From: Octopus bimaculoides
Lineage: Eukaryota
Length of the DNA stretch: 57,659 nucleotides
NCBI RefSeq assembly: GCF_001194135.2
Contig: NC_068997.1
Span: 47,893,197-47,950,855, forward strand
Direction: 5' to 3'
Program-made: the position numbers and the translations under genes
Shown here: in pieces, positions 23,658-36,402 of the stretch
Position numbering within the stretch: the first letter of the stretch is position 1
How the letters are laid out: each line of letters opens with the position of its first letter
Notes under the pieces: generated by a model
The model's database searches: none
What the model saw: the letters and a program-made list of their open reading frames with translations, nothing else
What the model was told of the DNA's origin: nothing

Positions 23658-23847
23658 TTAGGAGTGGCTGTGTGGTAAGTAGCTTACCCACCAACAACAT
23701 GGTTCCGGGTTCAGTCCCACTGCGTGGCACCTTGAGCAAGTGTCTTCTACTATAGCCTCGGGTTGACCAAAGCCTTGTGAGTGGATTTGGTAGACGGAAA
23801 CTGAAAAGAAGCCCGTCGTATATATATATATATATATATATATATAT
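23658..23847 (+). mobile_element. SINE family B, young 5' half
   Basis: GGAGTGGCTGTGTGGTAAG A box, GGGTTCAGTCCC B box, GGCACCTTGAGCAAGTGTCTTC CORE-like segment. Confidence 0.9.
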
Positions 23848-25859
23848 NNNNNNNNNNNNNNNNNNNNNNNNNNNNNNNNNNNNNNNNNNNNNNNNNNNNN
23901 NNNNNNNNNNNNNNNNNNNNNNNNNNNNNNNNNNNNNNNNNNNNNNNNNNNNNNNNNNNNNNNNNNNNNNNNNNNNNNNNNNNNNNNNNNNNNNNNNNNN
24001 NNNNNNNNNNNNNNNNNNNNNNNNNNNNNNNNNNNNNNNNNNNNNNNNNNNNNNNNNNNNNNNNNNNNNNNNNNNNNNNNNNNNNNNNNNNNNNNNNNNN
24101 NNNNNNNNNNNNNNNNNNNNNNNNNNNNNNNNNNNNNNNNNNNNNNNNNNNNNNNNNNNNNNNNNNNNNNNNNNNNNNNNNNNNNNNNNNNNNNNNNNNN
24201 NNNNNNNNNNNNNNNNNNNNNNNNNNNNNNNNNNNNNNNNNNNNNNNNNNNNNNNNNNNNNNNNNNNNNNNNNNNNNNNNNNNNNNNNNNNNNNNNNNNN
24301 NNNNNNNNNNNNNNNNNACCAGTTCAAAAAATGAGAGTCAAATGTATACCGACCCCCAGACTATTTTTGATAGATTCTTTTCTACAAAATTTGCATTGTC
24401 ATTACCAGAAACAAATTTACGGAAAAAAAAAACACACATGTTAACCAATCAGACGCACAAACAAGTTAGTAGACCAGATTATAAAACAACAGAGAAATAA
24501 ATTCAACAAAATAAATATAGCTTAAAACACCATCAAATAAGAACAAAGAATTCACGCATAAAATATATTATGTGAACCAAATGCACCTTGGCTATAGAAC
24601 AGATGAACATAGAATGAAAGCACCCATAAAACAGAACAAAATATGCATTATACCCAGTCGTAAGCTTGCATCAACAGTTTATTATATAAAAAACATCAAA
24701 AACAGATTCATAAATCTCCGCATCAGAAGCAAATCAGTAATCTGCGAGTCGCTGAATAATTGCCAGATGAGAAATGTAGTTTAGAAATGCATATGGTAAC
24801 GGGTAAATGTATAAATCTTATTGCTTGAGATATTGTATTGGACATACATGTATTTATAGTTTGTCGTCGGCCTACCTATGCATTTACTACAAGGATTCGT
24901 TACAACGTTCTATATAAAACAAAATTAAATAAATAGAACAGAAAAAATATCATTTACAACACACGAATATTGCAAAGAATCCCACCTACAAGAATTAGTG
25001 CACAAATAGAACAAATTGATACGCATACACGCATACACATAAACACGCAGACACACCTACATACCAATTCACATACGCACACCAGCATACATGCGCTCGC
25101 ACACACACGCGCTCGCACACACACGCAGACACAACACGGACGCACGCGCCTGAACACATACACATATATTTACAAAGCAAAGCAGCTTACTGACATAGCC
25201 ATTAGTACATCAAATAGAGAAGCATTTAGCATATTGTTGCGACACTGTGCACTCTTAGTTCAAATTCCGCCGAGATCAATTTTACATTTCATCAGTTGAA
25301 GTTTGATAAATACAGTATCTTTTTAGGGCGATGGTGTGGCGGTGTTATTGTCTGTGTAAGTTGGACCTATTAATATATCAATATTTATATATTTATAATT
25401 AAAATTCATCATCTGAAAGCCTCCACACTTTGCTTTCTCTTGTTTTGCATGCATACATAGATACATATTTTGCATTTCATACACAAACTAATAATTTTAA
25501 TATATTTAACATATTTGATGTATCTAATTTGTTCATCCGCATAATAATTGCCTCTGTGTATATTTGTTTGTAAGTGTTAACATCGATTTTCGCAAATATG
25601 ATTTTCAATGATATTTTCTATATCTAAGTATGTTAATACAACAAAAACTGTTGTCGGCTTTATAAGGTGAAGTCTAACAATTAAAAATGTGATTTTCTCA
25701 ATAGGTATTTTTGATGGGAAGATAATTTAGTTAAGCAATTAGAGTCAGGATGGAAAAGACTGGCGCAATGCAGACAGAAGTGGAAGCGCATTGTGGCCGG
25801 TGGTGTGTAATAACATCTGATGTCCTGGTTAATATAGTGCTATACACACACTCACATAC

Positions 25860-25899
<40 letters not shown>

Positions 25900-26526
25900 A
25901 TATATATATANNNNNNNNNNNNNNNNNNNNNNNNNNNNNNNNNNNNNNNNNNNNNNNNNNNNNNNNNNNNNNNNNNNNNNNNNNNNNNNNNNNNNNNNNN
26001 NNNNNNNNNNNNNNNNNNNNNNNNNNNNNNNNNNNNNNNNNNNNNNNNNNNNNNNNNNNNNNNNNNNNNNNNNNNNNNNNNNNNNNNNNNNNNNNNNNNN
26101 NNNNNNNNNNNNNNNNNNNNNNNNNNNNNNNNNNNNNNNNNNNNNNNNNNNNNNNNNNNNNNNNNNNNNNNNNNNNNNNNNNNNNNNNNNNNNNNNNNNN
26201 NNNNNNNNNNNNNNNNNNNNNNNNNNNNNNNNNNNNNNNNNNNNNNNNNNNNNNNNNNNNNNNNNNNNNNNNNNNNNNNNNNNNNNNNNNNNNNNNNNNN
26301 NNNNNNNNNNNNNNNNNNNNNNNNNNNNNNNNNNNNNNNNNNNNNNNNNNNNNNNNNNNNNNNNNNNNNNNNNNNNNNNNNNNNNNNNNNNNNNNNNNNN
26401 NNNNNNNNNNNNNNNNNNNNNNNNNNNNNNNNNNNNNNNNNNNNNNNNNNNNNNNNNNNNNNNNNNNNNNNNNNNNNNNNNNNNNNNNNNNNNNNNNNNN
26501 NNNNNNNNNNNNNNNNNNNNNNNNNT

Positions 26527-26830
26527 CATTGCCTAGCACCTCGGGCCAATCAAAGCTTTGTGAGTAGATTAGGTAGACGGAAACTGAAAGAAGCCCGTCG
26601 AATATATGTATATATGTATGTATTTGTGTGTCTGTGTTTGTCCCCCCCCCCCACTATCACTTGACAACCGATGTTAGTGTATTTACGTCCCTGGAACCTA
26701 GCGGTTCGGGAAAGAGATCGATAGCGTAAGCACTAGGCTGACAAAGAATATAAGTCCTGGGGTCGATTTGTTCGACGAAAGGTGGTGCTGCAGCATGGCC
26801 ACAGTCAAATGACTGAAATAAGTATAAGAA
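26527..26830 (+). mobile_element. SINE family B, 3' two-thirds
   Basis: GACGGAAACTGAAAGAAGCCCGTCG...CAGCATGGCCACAGTCAAATGACTGAAA. Confidence 0.9.
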
Positions 26831-27221
26831 TTAAACTGGAGAATTACTTAGTATTTTTTAATAGATTACAGGTTTGATAATCGGTTACATGAAGAAGGTG
26901 AGAGTGACTTCGAAGTTTCGGCCTGTTAGCTATATATATAATTGAAGATGGGTTAAAAAAATAGAAATCCATACACATCAAAGGTTATTCGTAAAAAGTA
27001 AAAGTAGAAACAACGCGGAATACCTGACTTTGAATGTTTAATAATTGAGAAGATGGACATACACATGGAAACCGTTCGTGTTTTTTAAGTCACTTAATAT
27101 AACAAATAAAGCAATTGTTACCTTGTCCGATTAAAAAAAGAAAGTAAAAAGAACCTTTCAACACGCTTCTGTACTGTTTCCACTTTTCATCACCTCTCTG
27201 TCTCTGTCTGTCTCTCTACCA

Positions 27222-27252
<31 letters not shown>

Positions 27253-27297
27253 CATACATACATACATACATACAACAGGAAACATCAACAAAGTTCC

Positions 27298-27925
27298 TGA
27301 TGCACATAAAGCAGTAAAATGTGACAACCGATGCAGACTTTGTGGAGTTAACACCGAAGATATCACCTACATCATAAGTAGTTGTCCGGAAATATCATCA
27401 CGGTATTATCTACCAATGAGACATGATGCTGTAGCTGGAACGCTCTATAATGAAATTCGTCGGAAAGATAACCCCGAAGACAAAGAAAAAAGAACCCACA
27501 GTATGGTAGAAGCCATAGCCACTCATAATAAAAGGTTCTGGTGGAATGTTCCAGTGAAGACCTCAATAAAATGTAAGCACAACAGACCTGATATAATGAT
27601 TTGGGATAGAAAAAAGAACTTGTGCACAGCTGTGGAAATTAGCTGCCCAGTGGATGTTAACATAAAGCTGAAGATCAGTGAAAAAGAGAACACCTATGCT
27701 GAACTATTGAGAAATCTGCAGTTACTCTGTCCAGATTACAAGTTCAGGTTTATACCTGTAATTATTGGAGCTGTGGGATATGTAATACACTGCCTAAATA
27801 CTAATTGTGAAAAATTAGGCTTCTCAAAACCAGGAAGGAGAAAGCTAATCCAAAGACTACAGATCCAATCCATCACTGGAACTGTAAAAATCTGTAAAAC
27901 TTTCCAGAAGTTTATCATTTAAATG
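27298..27925 (+). mobile_element. 5'-truncated R4/Dong-type RLE non-LTR retrotransposon: zinc knuckle + PD-(D/E)xK endonuclease, open frame to the stop at 27922
   Basis: DAHKAVKCDNRCRLCGVNTEDITYIISSCPEISSRYYLPMRHD ... WWNVPV ... HNRPDIMIWD..CTAVEISCPVD ... EKENTYAEL ... IIGAVG. This is the typical C-terminus of RLE-clade elements. Confidence 0.92.
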
Positions 27926-28772
27926 TATATATCAGTCTGTTGGAATGAGCAGATAGGTCAACATGTAACTTTTTAATGTCTAACTTTTCACTGATGATAT
28001 TTTGCTCATAAATTTGTAATTTATTCAATGAGTACAAACGGAAACAGCTGTAGGAATAAATGATCATCAATTTATTAATAAATAAATATTAACCACCAAC
28101 TCTCCATTTTGTTCTCTTAATTTAATACGGATTATATACTTCATATATACCAATTGATTTAGGGAAATTTTATTTCCCAAAGACATAAGCTATAAGAACG
28201 AGTGTTTTCTTGNNNNNNNNNNNNNNNNNNNNNNNNNNNNNNNNNNNNNNNNNNNNNNNNNNNNNNNNNNNNNNNNNNNNNNNNNNNNNNNNNNNNNNNN
28301 NNNNNNNNNNNNNNNNNNNNNNNNNNNNNNNNNNNNNNNNNNNNNNNNNNNNNNNNNNNNNNNNNNNNNNNNNNNNNNNNNNNNNNNNNNNNNNNNNNNN
28401 NNNNNNNNNNNNNNNNNNNNNNNNNNNNNNNNNNNNNNNNNNNNNNNNNNNNNNNNNNNNNNNNNNNNNNNNNNNNNNNNNNNNNNNNNNNNNNNNNNNN
28501 NNNNNNNNNNNNNNNNNNNNNNNNNNNNNNNNNNNNNNNNNNNNNNNNNNNNNNNNNNNNNNNNNNNNNNNNNNNNNNNNNNNNNNNNNNNNNNNNNNNN
28601 NNNNNNNNNNNNNNNNNNNNNNNNNNNNNNNNNNNNNNNNNNNNNNNNNNNNNNNNNNNNNNNNNNNNNNNNNNNNNNNNNNNNNNNNNNNNNNNNNNNN
28701 NNNNNNNNNNNNNNNNNNNNNNNNNNNNNNNNNNNNNNNNNNNNNNNNNNNNNNNNNNNNNNNNNNNNNNNN

Positions 28773-28809
<37 letters not shown>

Positions 28810-31109
28810 CATATATATAAACAAATTTTAGATACATACATATGTATACATACATACATAACTGTATACTCAAACACTCACAAACACTTATGTGTGTAAA
28901 TACATATGTGTGTGCAACAATGTAAATACATATTTGTGTAGGAAGTGTGTGCGTGTACATATGCGTGAGCTTTAGGAAAACATATCCCATAAATAATGTC
29001 TTAAGCATGAAGAGCCAACGGCAATGGGCAGGAAACCTGTTAATAAAACTCAGAGATGATTTGTATTTCGTAACCAAATGAGAAAACAAAATGGCGTCGG
29101 CGAGCAATGTGCTGAAAGCTTTTAGGAAAGCACGTCATATAACAGAGAAAATGACTATCTTGATTTATTAACTCCAACTGAATCGAAAACTACCGCATTA
29201 GATTGTTTGACAAGAGAGATTATTATGGTGTTAGTAAACCTGAAAGAGAAAGGCAATATTTTTGTCAGTCGCTTGGGAGATTTTTAATTAATTTGAACAA
29301 GANNNNNNNNNNAAAAAAAAAAAAAAAAAGAGAAAAATCGAAAGGTGGGAGGGAAAAAAGTGAAATGTGAAAAATATGAATACGATTAGGATGGTTGGTT
29401 GTTAAAGATTCTATGACTTCATGTCTTAGAATGGTTGAATTTGTTGTATTTTTTTAAGTGGGAACTTTTCCTTGCAATGATGCTGCTGCTGCTGTATTTC
29501 ACAATTTTTGGACCATTCCGAGTTTCACTCCTGCAGTCAGTTATACAGAATATGACAATAGCTTGCGCGAGTGTTTTGTTCCCAGTTTTCAGAGCGCAGT
29601 CATGGTTCAATTGTTCAGAAGTTCACTTTGCAATAGAAAGGATCTGCTAAGGACAAAAGTCATGTGAATGAAACTAGTGAGTTGGAAAACTCTGGTACCA
29701 CATTCGGTGGAATGTACCAGTAATCTAAACGGCCGGTCTTGTCACACTGTATCATGCTAATTCTGTCTGCCTGTCTCTGTCTCTCTCTCTATCTATACCC
29801 CGCTCTCTCTCTCTCTCCCTCGGCGTGATAACGTTACTGCCAGCTCACCATCTTAAAATATAAATGATATTGGTGCAGCTGTAGCTGTGNNNNNNNNNNN
29901 NNNNNNNNNNNNNNNNNNNNNNNNNNNNNNNNNNNNNNNNNNNNNNNNNNNNNNNNNNNNNNNNNNNNNNNNNNNNNNNNNNNNNNNNNNNNNNNNNNNN
30001 NNNNNNNNNNNNNNNNNNNNNNNNNNNNNNNNNNNNNNNNNNNNNNNNNNNNNNNNNNNNNNNNNNNNNNNNNNNNNNNNNNNNNNNNNNNNNNNNNNNN
30101 NNNNNNNNNNNNNNNNNNNNNNNNNNNNNNNNNNNNNNNNNNNNNNNNNNNNNNNNNNNNNNNNNNNNNNNNNNNNNNNNNNNNNNNNNNNNNNNNNNNN
30201 NNNNNNNNNNNNNNNNNNNNNNNNNNNNNNNNNNNNNNNNNNNNNNNNNNNNNNNNNNNNNNNNNNNNNNNNNNNNNNNNNNNNNNNNNNNNNNNNNNNN
30301 NNNNNNNNNNNNNNNNNNNNNNNNNNNNNNNNNNNNNNNNNNNNNNNNNNNNNNNNNNNNNNNNNNNNNNNNNNNNNNNNNNNNNNNNNNNNNNNNNNNN
30401 NNNNNNNNNNNNNNNNNNNNNNNNNNNNNNNNNNNNNNNNNNNNNNNNNNNNNNNNNNNNNNNNNNNNNNNNNNNNNNNNNNNNNNNNNNNNNNGTGTGT
30501 GTGTGTGTGTGTGTGTGCAGGTGTGTTTTGTGTGTGCCCGCGTTGGTATGTGTGTTTGTGTGAGTGTATGTGTGGGTATGTGTGTGGGTGCGCGCATGTA
30601 TGTGTGTGTTTGTATGCGTATGTGTATGTGCGTGTGTGTTTGAGTGTTTGCGTCTGTGTGCGTGCACATTTGTGTGTGTGTGTGTGTGTGTGTATTAGTG
30701 TTTGTTTGTTTGTGTGTGTGTGTCTTTGTGTACGTCCTTGTCTCTCACCACAGCTTGAGAAACTGTGTTGATTTTGTTTACGACCCTGTGACTTAGCTGT
30801 TCGGTAATTACTGTTGAGTTCGTCACAAGAGAACAGCTTCTCTTTAACGACTTTGTCTTCATAACACACTCAAATTCACATATACAGGTGATTCTGGCAT
30901 TCCTGTGTTTCACAATGGTTCTCATCTGTCAGATGTAACCTCACCAACGAATCTGACAAAAGCCGATAGCCTCGTTTATACTTTATAACAACCTAACTAT
31001 TTGCTGATTCACAATGACCTCTGCGTTCCGAAAAATATATCGTTATTTGCACGGTGAACAGCGAGAATCGACACGATATCTTCCATGCTTATTTTTAAAA
31101 GGGTACTTT

Positions 31110-31142
<33 letters not shown>

Positions 31143-31809
31143 NNNNNNNNNNNNNNNNNNNNNNNNNNNNNNNNNNNNNNNNNNNNNNNNNNNNNNNNNN
31201 NNNNNNNNNNNNNNNNNNNNNNNNNNNNNNNNNNNNNNNNNNNNNNNNNNNNNNNNNNNNNNNNNNNNNNNNNNNNNNNNNNNNNNNNNNNNNNNNNNNN
31301 NNNNNNNNNNNNNNNNNNNNNNNNNNNNNNNNNNNNNNNNNNNNNNNNNNNNNNNNNNNNNNNNNNNNNNNNNNNNNNNNNNNNNNNNNNNNNNNNNNNN
31401 NNNNNNNNNNNNNNNNNNNNNNNNNNNNNNNNNNNNNNNNNNNNNNNNNNNNNNNNNNNNNNNNNNNNNNNNNNNNNNNNNNNNNNNNNNNNNNNNNNNN
31501 NNNNNNNNNNNNNNNNNNNNNNNNNNNNNNNNNNNNNNNNNNNNNNNNNNNNNNNNNNNNNNNNNNNNNNNNNNNNNNNNNNNNNNNNNNNNNNNNNNNN
31601 NNNNNNNNNNNNNNNNNNNNNNNNNNNNNNNNNNNNNNNNNNNNNNNNNNNNNNNNNNNNNNNNNNNNNNNNNNNNNNNNNNNNNNNNNNNNNNNNNNNN
31701 NNNNNNNNNNNNNNNNNNNNNNNNNNNNNNNNNNNNNNNNNNNNNNNNNNNNNNNNNNNNNNNNNNNNNNNNNNNNNNNNNNNNNNNNNNNNNNNNNNNN
31801 NNNNNNNNT

Positions 31810-32011
31810 TTGTCAAGCGATGGTGGTGGAACAAACACAAACACATAGACACTCGTACATACATATATGTATATGACGGGCTTTATTCAGTTTCCGTCTA
31901 CCAAATCCACTCACAAGGCTTTGGTCGGCCTAAGGCTATATTAGAAGACACTTGCCCAAGATGCCACGCAGTGGGACTGAATCCAGAACCATGTGGGTGG
32001 TAAGCAAGCTT
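31810..32011 (-). mobile_element. SINE family B
   Basis: GACGGGCTT..CAGTTTCCGTCTACCAAATCCACTCACAAGGC..ACTTGCCCAAGATGCCACGCAGTGGGACTGAA. Confidence 0.9.
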
Positions 32012-32200
32012 CTTATTTCTTTATTGCCCACAAGGGGCTAAACATAGAGGGGACAAACAAGGACAGACAAAGGGATTAAGTCGTAACTGGTACTTTATTT
32101 ATCGACCCCGAGAGGATGAAAGGCAAAGTTGACCTCGGCGGAATTTGAACTCAGAACGTACTGCTAAGTATTTTGCCCGGCGTGCTAACGTTTCTGCCAC
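32012..32200 (-). mobile_element. SINE family A variant A2
   Basis: Tail TTTCTTTATTGCCCACAAGGGGCTAAACATAGAGGGGACAAAC plus family A core and head. Confidence 0.85.
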
Positions 32201-32225
32201 TCCTATGCATGTATATGTGTGTGTG

Positions 32226-32388
32226 TGTATTTATTCTTTTACTCGTTTCAGTCATTAGACTACGGCCATGCTGGGGTACTACCTTGAATAATTTTAGTCG
32301 AACGACCCTAGACCTTATTTCCTTTGTGAAGCCAGGCACCTACTCTATCTGTCTCCTCTGTCGAAACGCTAATTTACAGGGACATATC

Positions 32389-32395
<7 letters not shown>
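32226..32395 (-). mobile_element. SINE family B 3' part (opposite-strand B tails at ~32565-32600 and 32705-32770)
   Basis: CGTTTCAGTCATTAGACTACGGCCATGCTGG versus GGTGCTCCAGCATGGCCGCAGTCAAATGACTGAAAC. Confidence 0.8.
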
Positions 32396-32431
<36 letters not shown>

Positions 32432-32779
32432 GAAGTAGAGAAACAAATTTCATAGGTCGGTGTATATATTCATTCAATCCATTTCAAATTATCGAAATTC
32501 TCCACAATATACAATATACATAGATGCGTTCACATATATGAGATATTATAAAAATTCACAAGAATGCACCAGCATGACCGCAGCCACTTGGCTGAAACAC
32601 ATAAATAAATAAATATATACATACGAGGATTTATAAATATACAAAAATTCCTAAATATATAAAAATTTACTGAGACATAAAAATTCATAAATATATAAAC
32701 ACATAAAGGCGGTGCTCCAGCATGGCCGCAGTCAAATGACTGAAACAAGTAAAAGAGTAAAAGAGTAAACATAAATATA

Positions 32780-33520
32780 AATATGTAGATGTACTTATGA
32801 AGTCCGAAAGTCCGTATTAGAATCAATGAGGAAGGTAGATAAGAAAGTTGGTATAAGACGATTCATGAGGAATCCTAAGTAGGCACAAGATCTTATGGCC
32901 GTTTCGTGAAAATATAGGTTGATATGGGTGAGCTAGCTCCAACCATAGCATTTATCTATATTTCTCTCATCAGCGTTAAGGGATTCAAAGAGTTGTTAAA
33001 ACTTTAAGAGATATGAGAGGTTTGAGAATTTAAAAAAAAAACGAATGTTTAATCAAACCATACGCTTCATGCAGATGATATAATTAAAATTAAAAATACA
33101 GGTTAAGGTACATTACAACGCTATATATAATAGTATTTTAAGAAGAGTCCATAATATAAAGGTTGGTTCGATTAGGATCATAGAGGTTAATTATTTTGGA
33201 GGAAGAATTTAAATGCTGAAAAATATTTATGTCTATAGGTAATTATGACGTCAGATGTCTTACTAAGTAAGCTATTTTTTGTTGGCACGGATTACGTGGA
33301 TCGCCTCCTTCGTGCATAAATCGCAATTTTTCGTGTCCGTATTATAAGATGTGATTTGCGTTATTATAGAACAATGTAGACTGAATTCTTTATTGTGCAT
33401 TTTTAAGTTATTGATGTAGGTTGCTAGTGTGGTTGGATTTTTAGTTTCGTGGTTAGTATATGAGTTTGTATGCGCCCTATATCTAATTTAAAAACCAGTC
33501 GTACTTCCTATGTAAATCTT
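32780..33520 (-). mobile_element. Penelope-like element relic: GIY-YIG endonuclease C-terminal half and pLTR/3' region
   Basis: From 33520 on minus: KIYIGSTTGF*IRYRAHTNSYTNHETKNPTTLATYINNLK...KNCDLCTKEAIHVI, then in another frame LLSKTSDVIITYRHK. These are the YIG, R..H and CxxC..E motifs of PLE endonucleases. Confidence 0.8.
32894..32973 (-). ncRNA. Hammerhead ribozyme motif in the Penelope pLTR (extended stem II, palindromic stem III), probably inactivated
   Basis: Minus: CTGATGA(32973-32967) GAGAAATATAG..CTATATTTTCAC GAAAC(32905-32901) GGCC ATA. Stem II is ~10 bp; stem III ACGGCC(A)T is one change from the palindrome ACGGCCGT. Stem I pairing is poor. Confidence 0.65.
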
Positions 33521-33533
33521 ATATATATACATA

Positions 33534-34690
33534 CTAGCAAACGCATCCGTCTTATGGACAGTGTAATTTATTATAATGGCACACCTCGTTGGAATGTGCC
33601 ATTATAACCGTTGAATTATCCCGCAGTTAGAAGTCGTTTCGAGTTGATAAACGTAAAATGTATAATTACTAATTTCGTTAGCAGATCATTATATGGTATT
33701 AAACAACCTAAGTAATGAATAAAGTCTTTTGATCACAAATTTGGCAGTTAGTAATAAATGAAAGTCCGTGAAATGAGATCGCAATTGCAGTAGGCATTAG
33801 GGATCCTATATCTTACCTGAAGCGTTTTGTAGCATGTAATTATTTTACTCGTTATGCCTGACACAACTGCATTGAAGCTGTTTTCAATGAAATTCTTGTA
33901 GGATAAAAAAAAGAAAAAAACAAATATTTATAGCAAACACACAAATAGAAAAATGGCATGTACAAAAATAAATGTCAGAGCACGCTTACTATGGAACTGC
34001 GTGCGTGAAGTAAGAAGAATCGCTGAAGATAATGTTCTGTTAACAGCAGTCAGGGAAATGAAGCAAAATATCAATGGAATGCTTGTTGGAAGTCTGATTG
34101 CTGACAGTTACAGTTTGACGTAGATGTGAAGATTGCAGCAGAGGAGTAACTACTGTAGCGCTGTTTTGTAGACGACATTTCTGGTTTTTCCTTCAGGAGC
34201 ATAGATGATTAAGTTGTCAGGATGGCCAACACTGGAACAACCGACGTAGAACTGTCCATGTGAAAAGCATGGCGTTCGAAGGTCCAATCCGACTAATTCC
34301 AGCAACTGACCTTGCGCTTTGTTAATTGTCATCGCGAAGCTGAGTTTGAGGAGGAACTGAAGTCTCCGTATACGGTAGGGGCAATCTGTTGGGGTTAGCA
34401 GAATTTTCGGAATAAAAACGGTATCGTTTCTCTCGTGTCCCGTGATAATTTGGGTTTCAATGAGCGAGTTCCATTGCAGAGTGTGGGTGCGTTTAAATTG
34501 CGTAGGAGGATGAGAGGGCAACCAACTTTTAAGTGAAGTTCATGAGAAGGGAGTCGTGGAAGATGTTGGGAGTTGAGAAATTCTGTTGGAAAGTGTGTAA
34601 CCTGATCGAGGTCGGTAACGGTTTCAACTGCATGGCTATCCGAACGAAGTGCTAATGTGCAAATATCGGCGGTTTGCAGTGAATGGGCAT
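33534..34690 (-). mobile_element. Helitron 3' part: Pif1-like helicase C-terminus, subterminal hairpin and CTAG end
   Basis: FPTEFLNS..LP.HELHLKVGCPLILLRNLNAPTLCNGTR ... LQFLLKLSFAMTINKAQGQ..VGLDLRTPCFSHGQFYVGCS. CTAG at 33534-33537 is followed by T on minus; hairpin TCCAT-AAG-ACGGA (33546-33558) lies just upstream. Confidence 0.9.
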
Positions 34691-36301
34691 CGTCAAAACT
34701 GTAGAAGATGAAGTGAGAGTAGCATAACAACGTCATCAAGAGTAATGGTCCTTGAAGCAACGATCGTTGGTACTTGTTATTTAACTATCTGCAGTCGTAG
34801 TAGGCAAACCTTTCTTACACCAGAGCTTATCATCTTAAAAAAGAAAGATGAACACACTGATTATTGTGTTTCTAGATACACTGTATTTAAAGAATAATAA
34901 AAATCAGAAAAATTAACGTAACAATGCAGCTATAAAAAATGGACAAGTTAAAGCGGTCTGCTCAATTAAGGCTGATTTGATGTTTATCAAAAAGCAACAG
35001 TTCTATGACCGTTCGTATCTGATGGAGATGTTTTACCCATTTTATCATTAGACTTACTAACCAAAAAAAAAAAAAAAGCAAAACAGACTAAGAAGATTTA
35101 ATCGATTCTTATAAAGATCTAACTCCAGACGTCATCTGCGGCACATTATCAATGATCTATCGTCTGCTTCAACGTAAAGACCTTGTACGCAAAATTATTT
35201 GGTATTGCCCCAAAGAATCGAATAAAAGATGTTTAAAGTCTTTGTTATGTCTGGTATTCCTAACTAAGAAACCAAAATAATTCATTCTATCGNNNNNNNN
35301 NNNNNNNNNNNNNNNNNNNNNNNNNNNNNNNNNNNNNNNNNNNNNNNNNNNNNNNNNNNNNNNNNNNNNNNNNNNNNNNNNNNNNNNNNNNNNNNNNNNT
35401 TGTTTTCGATATTGAAGAATAGGTTGCTGCTGCTGTTGTTGCCGTTGTTGTTTTGCTTGTTCTTGTTTTTTTTTTCTCCCGAATAGATACACGAGTATCA
35501 GATGCGATGTGTGCCATTGTTTGTGTTTGTGATTCCTTCATGGAGATTATCACTGTGGCAGACGATATATTCTGTGAAATAAAAAGTAAAGAAGATGGAA
35601 GAGAAAAGACAGAAAAGAAAGAAAAAAAAAAGAAATGAGGAGGCGGGAAACAAAATGTAAAGTAAGTAGAGTAGTGTTGGGAGACAAGGGAGAGGGTAGA
35701 CTGTAATAGAGGAGAAAGATGTTTGAATTTAAGTAGACAAATAAAAGGATGTACACATCCCATATGTATATTCACGCACACACACGTACGTATATCACAC
35801 GCGTATACCCACACATATACATACACACATGCACACATGTATAATTTAATAACCACTCAGACACAACTGCGTGCGTGTCTACGTATATGAACGTCTGATT
35901 GATAATGTACGTGAGTAAATATATATGTATGTAATGTAATGTATGTGTGTGCGTGCGTGCTTGTATGTTTGTGTGTGGTAACTGTAGATTTTAATCCATT
36001 CATAAGTTTCTAAGCATTTGCTTCGTGTTGACACGAATTGTGATTCTTGCCGAGAAAACAAAACTTGAGAAAACATCACAAAAAAAGAAAAGCATTTAAA
36101 AAATCACGGAAAAATAAATAAAATGCAGCATCTGTGTTTGGTGTAGCATTGTTATATGATAGGTGTGGGGGCTTCATTTAGTATGTCAAGGAGTTTCTTT
36201 TAAAAGTTACTCAATAGGAATTTGGATACGTGTCGACAAGAAATACACACACACACATACACACACACATATATATACATATATATGCATATATGTATAG
36301 G

Positions 36302-36353
<52 letters not shown>

Positions 36354-36368
36354 NNNNNNNNNNTGTGT

Positions 36369-36402
<34 letters not shown>

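Noticed and set aside
29459-29650. Acceptor-like site followed by WELFLAMMLLLLYFTIFGPFRVSLL, loosely resembling an ion-channel S1 helix
   Set aside because: The spacing does not fit, the frame runs to a stop without a convincing donor, and the resemblance is only hydrophobicity.
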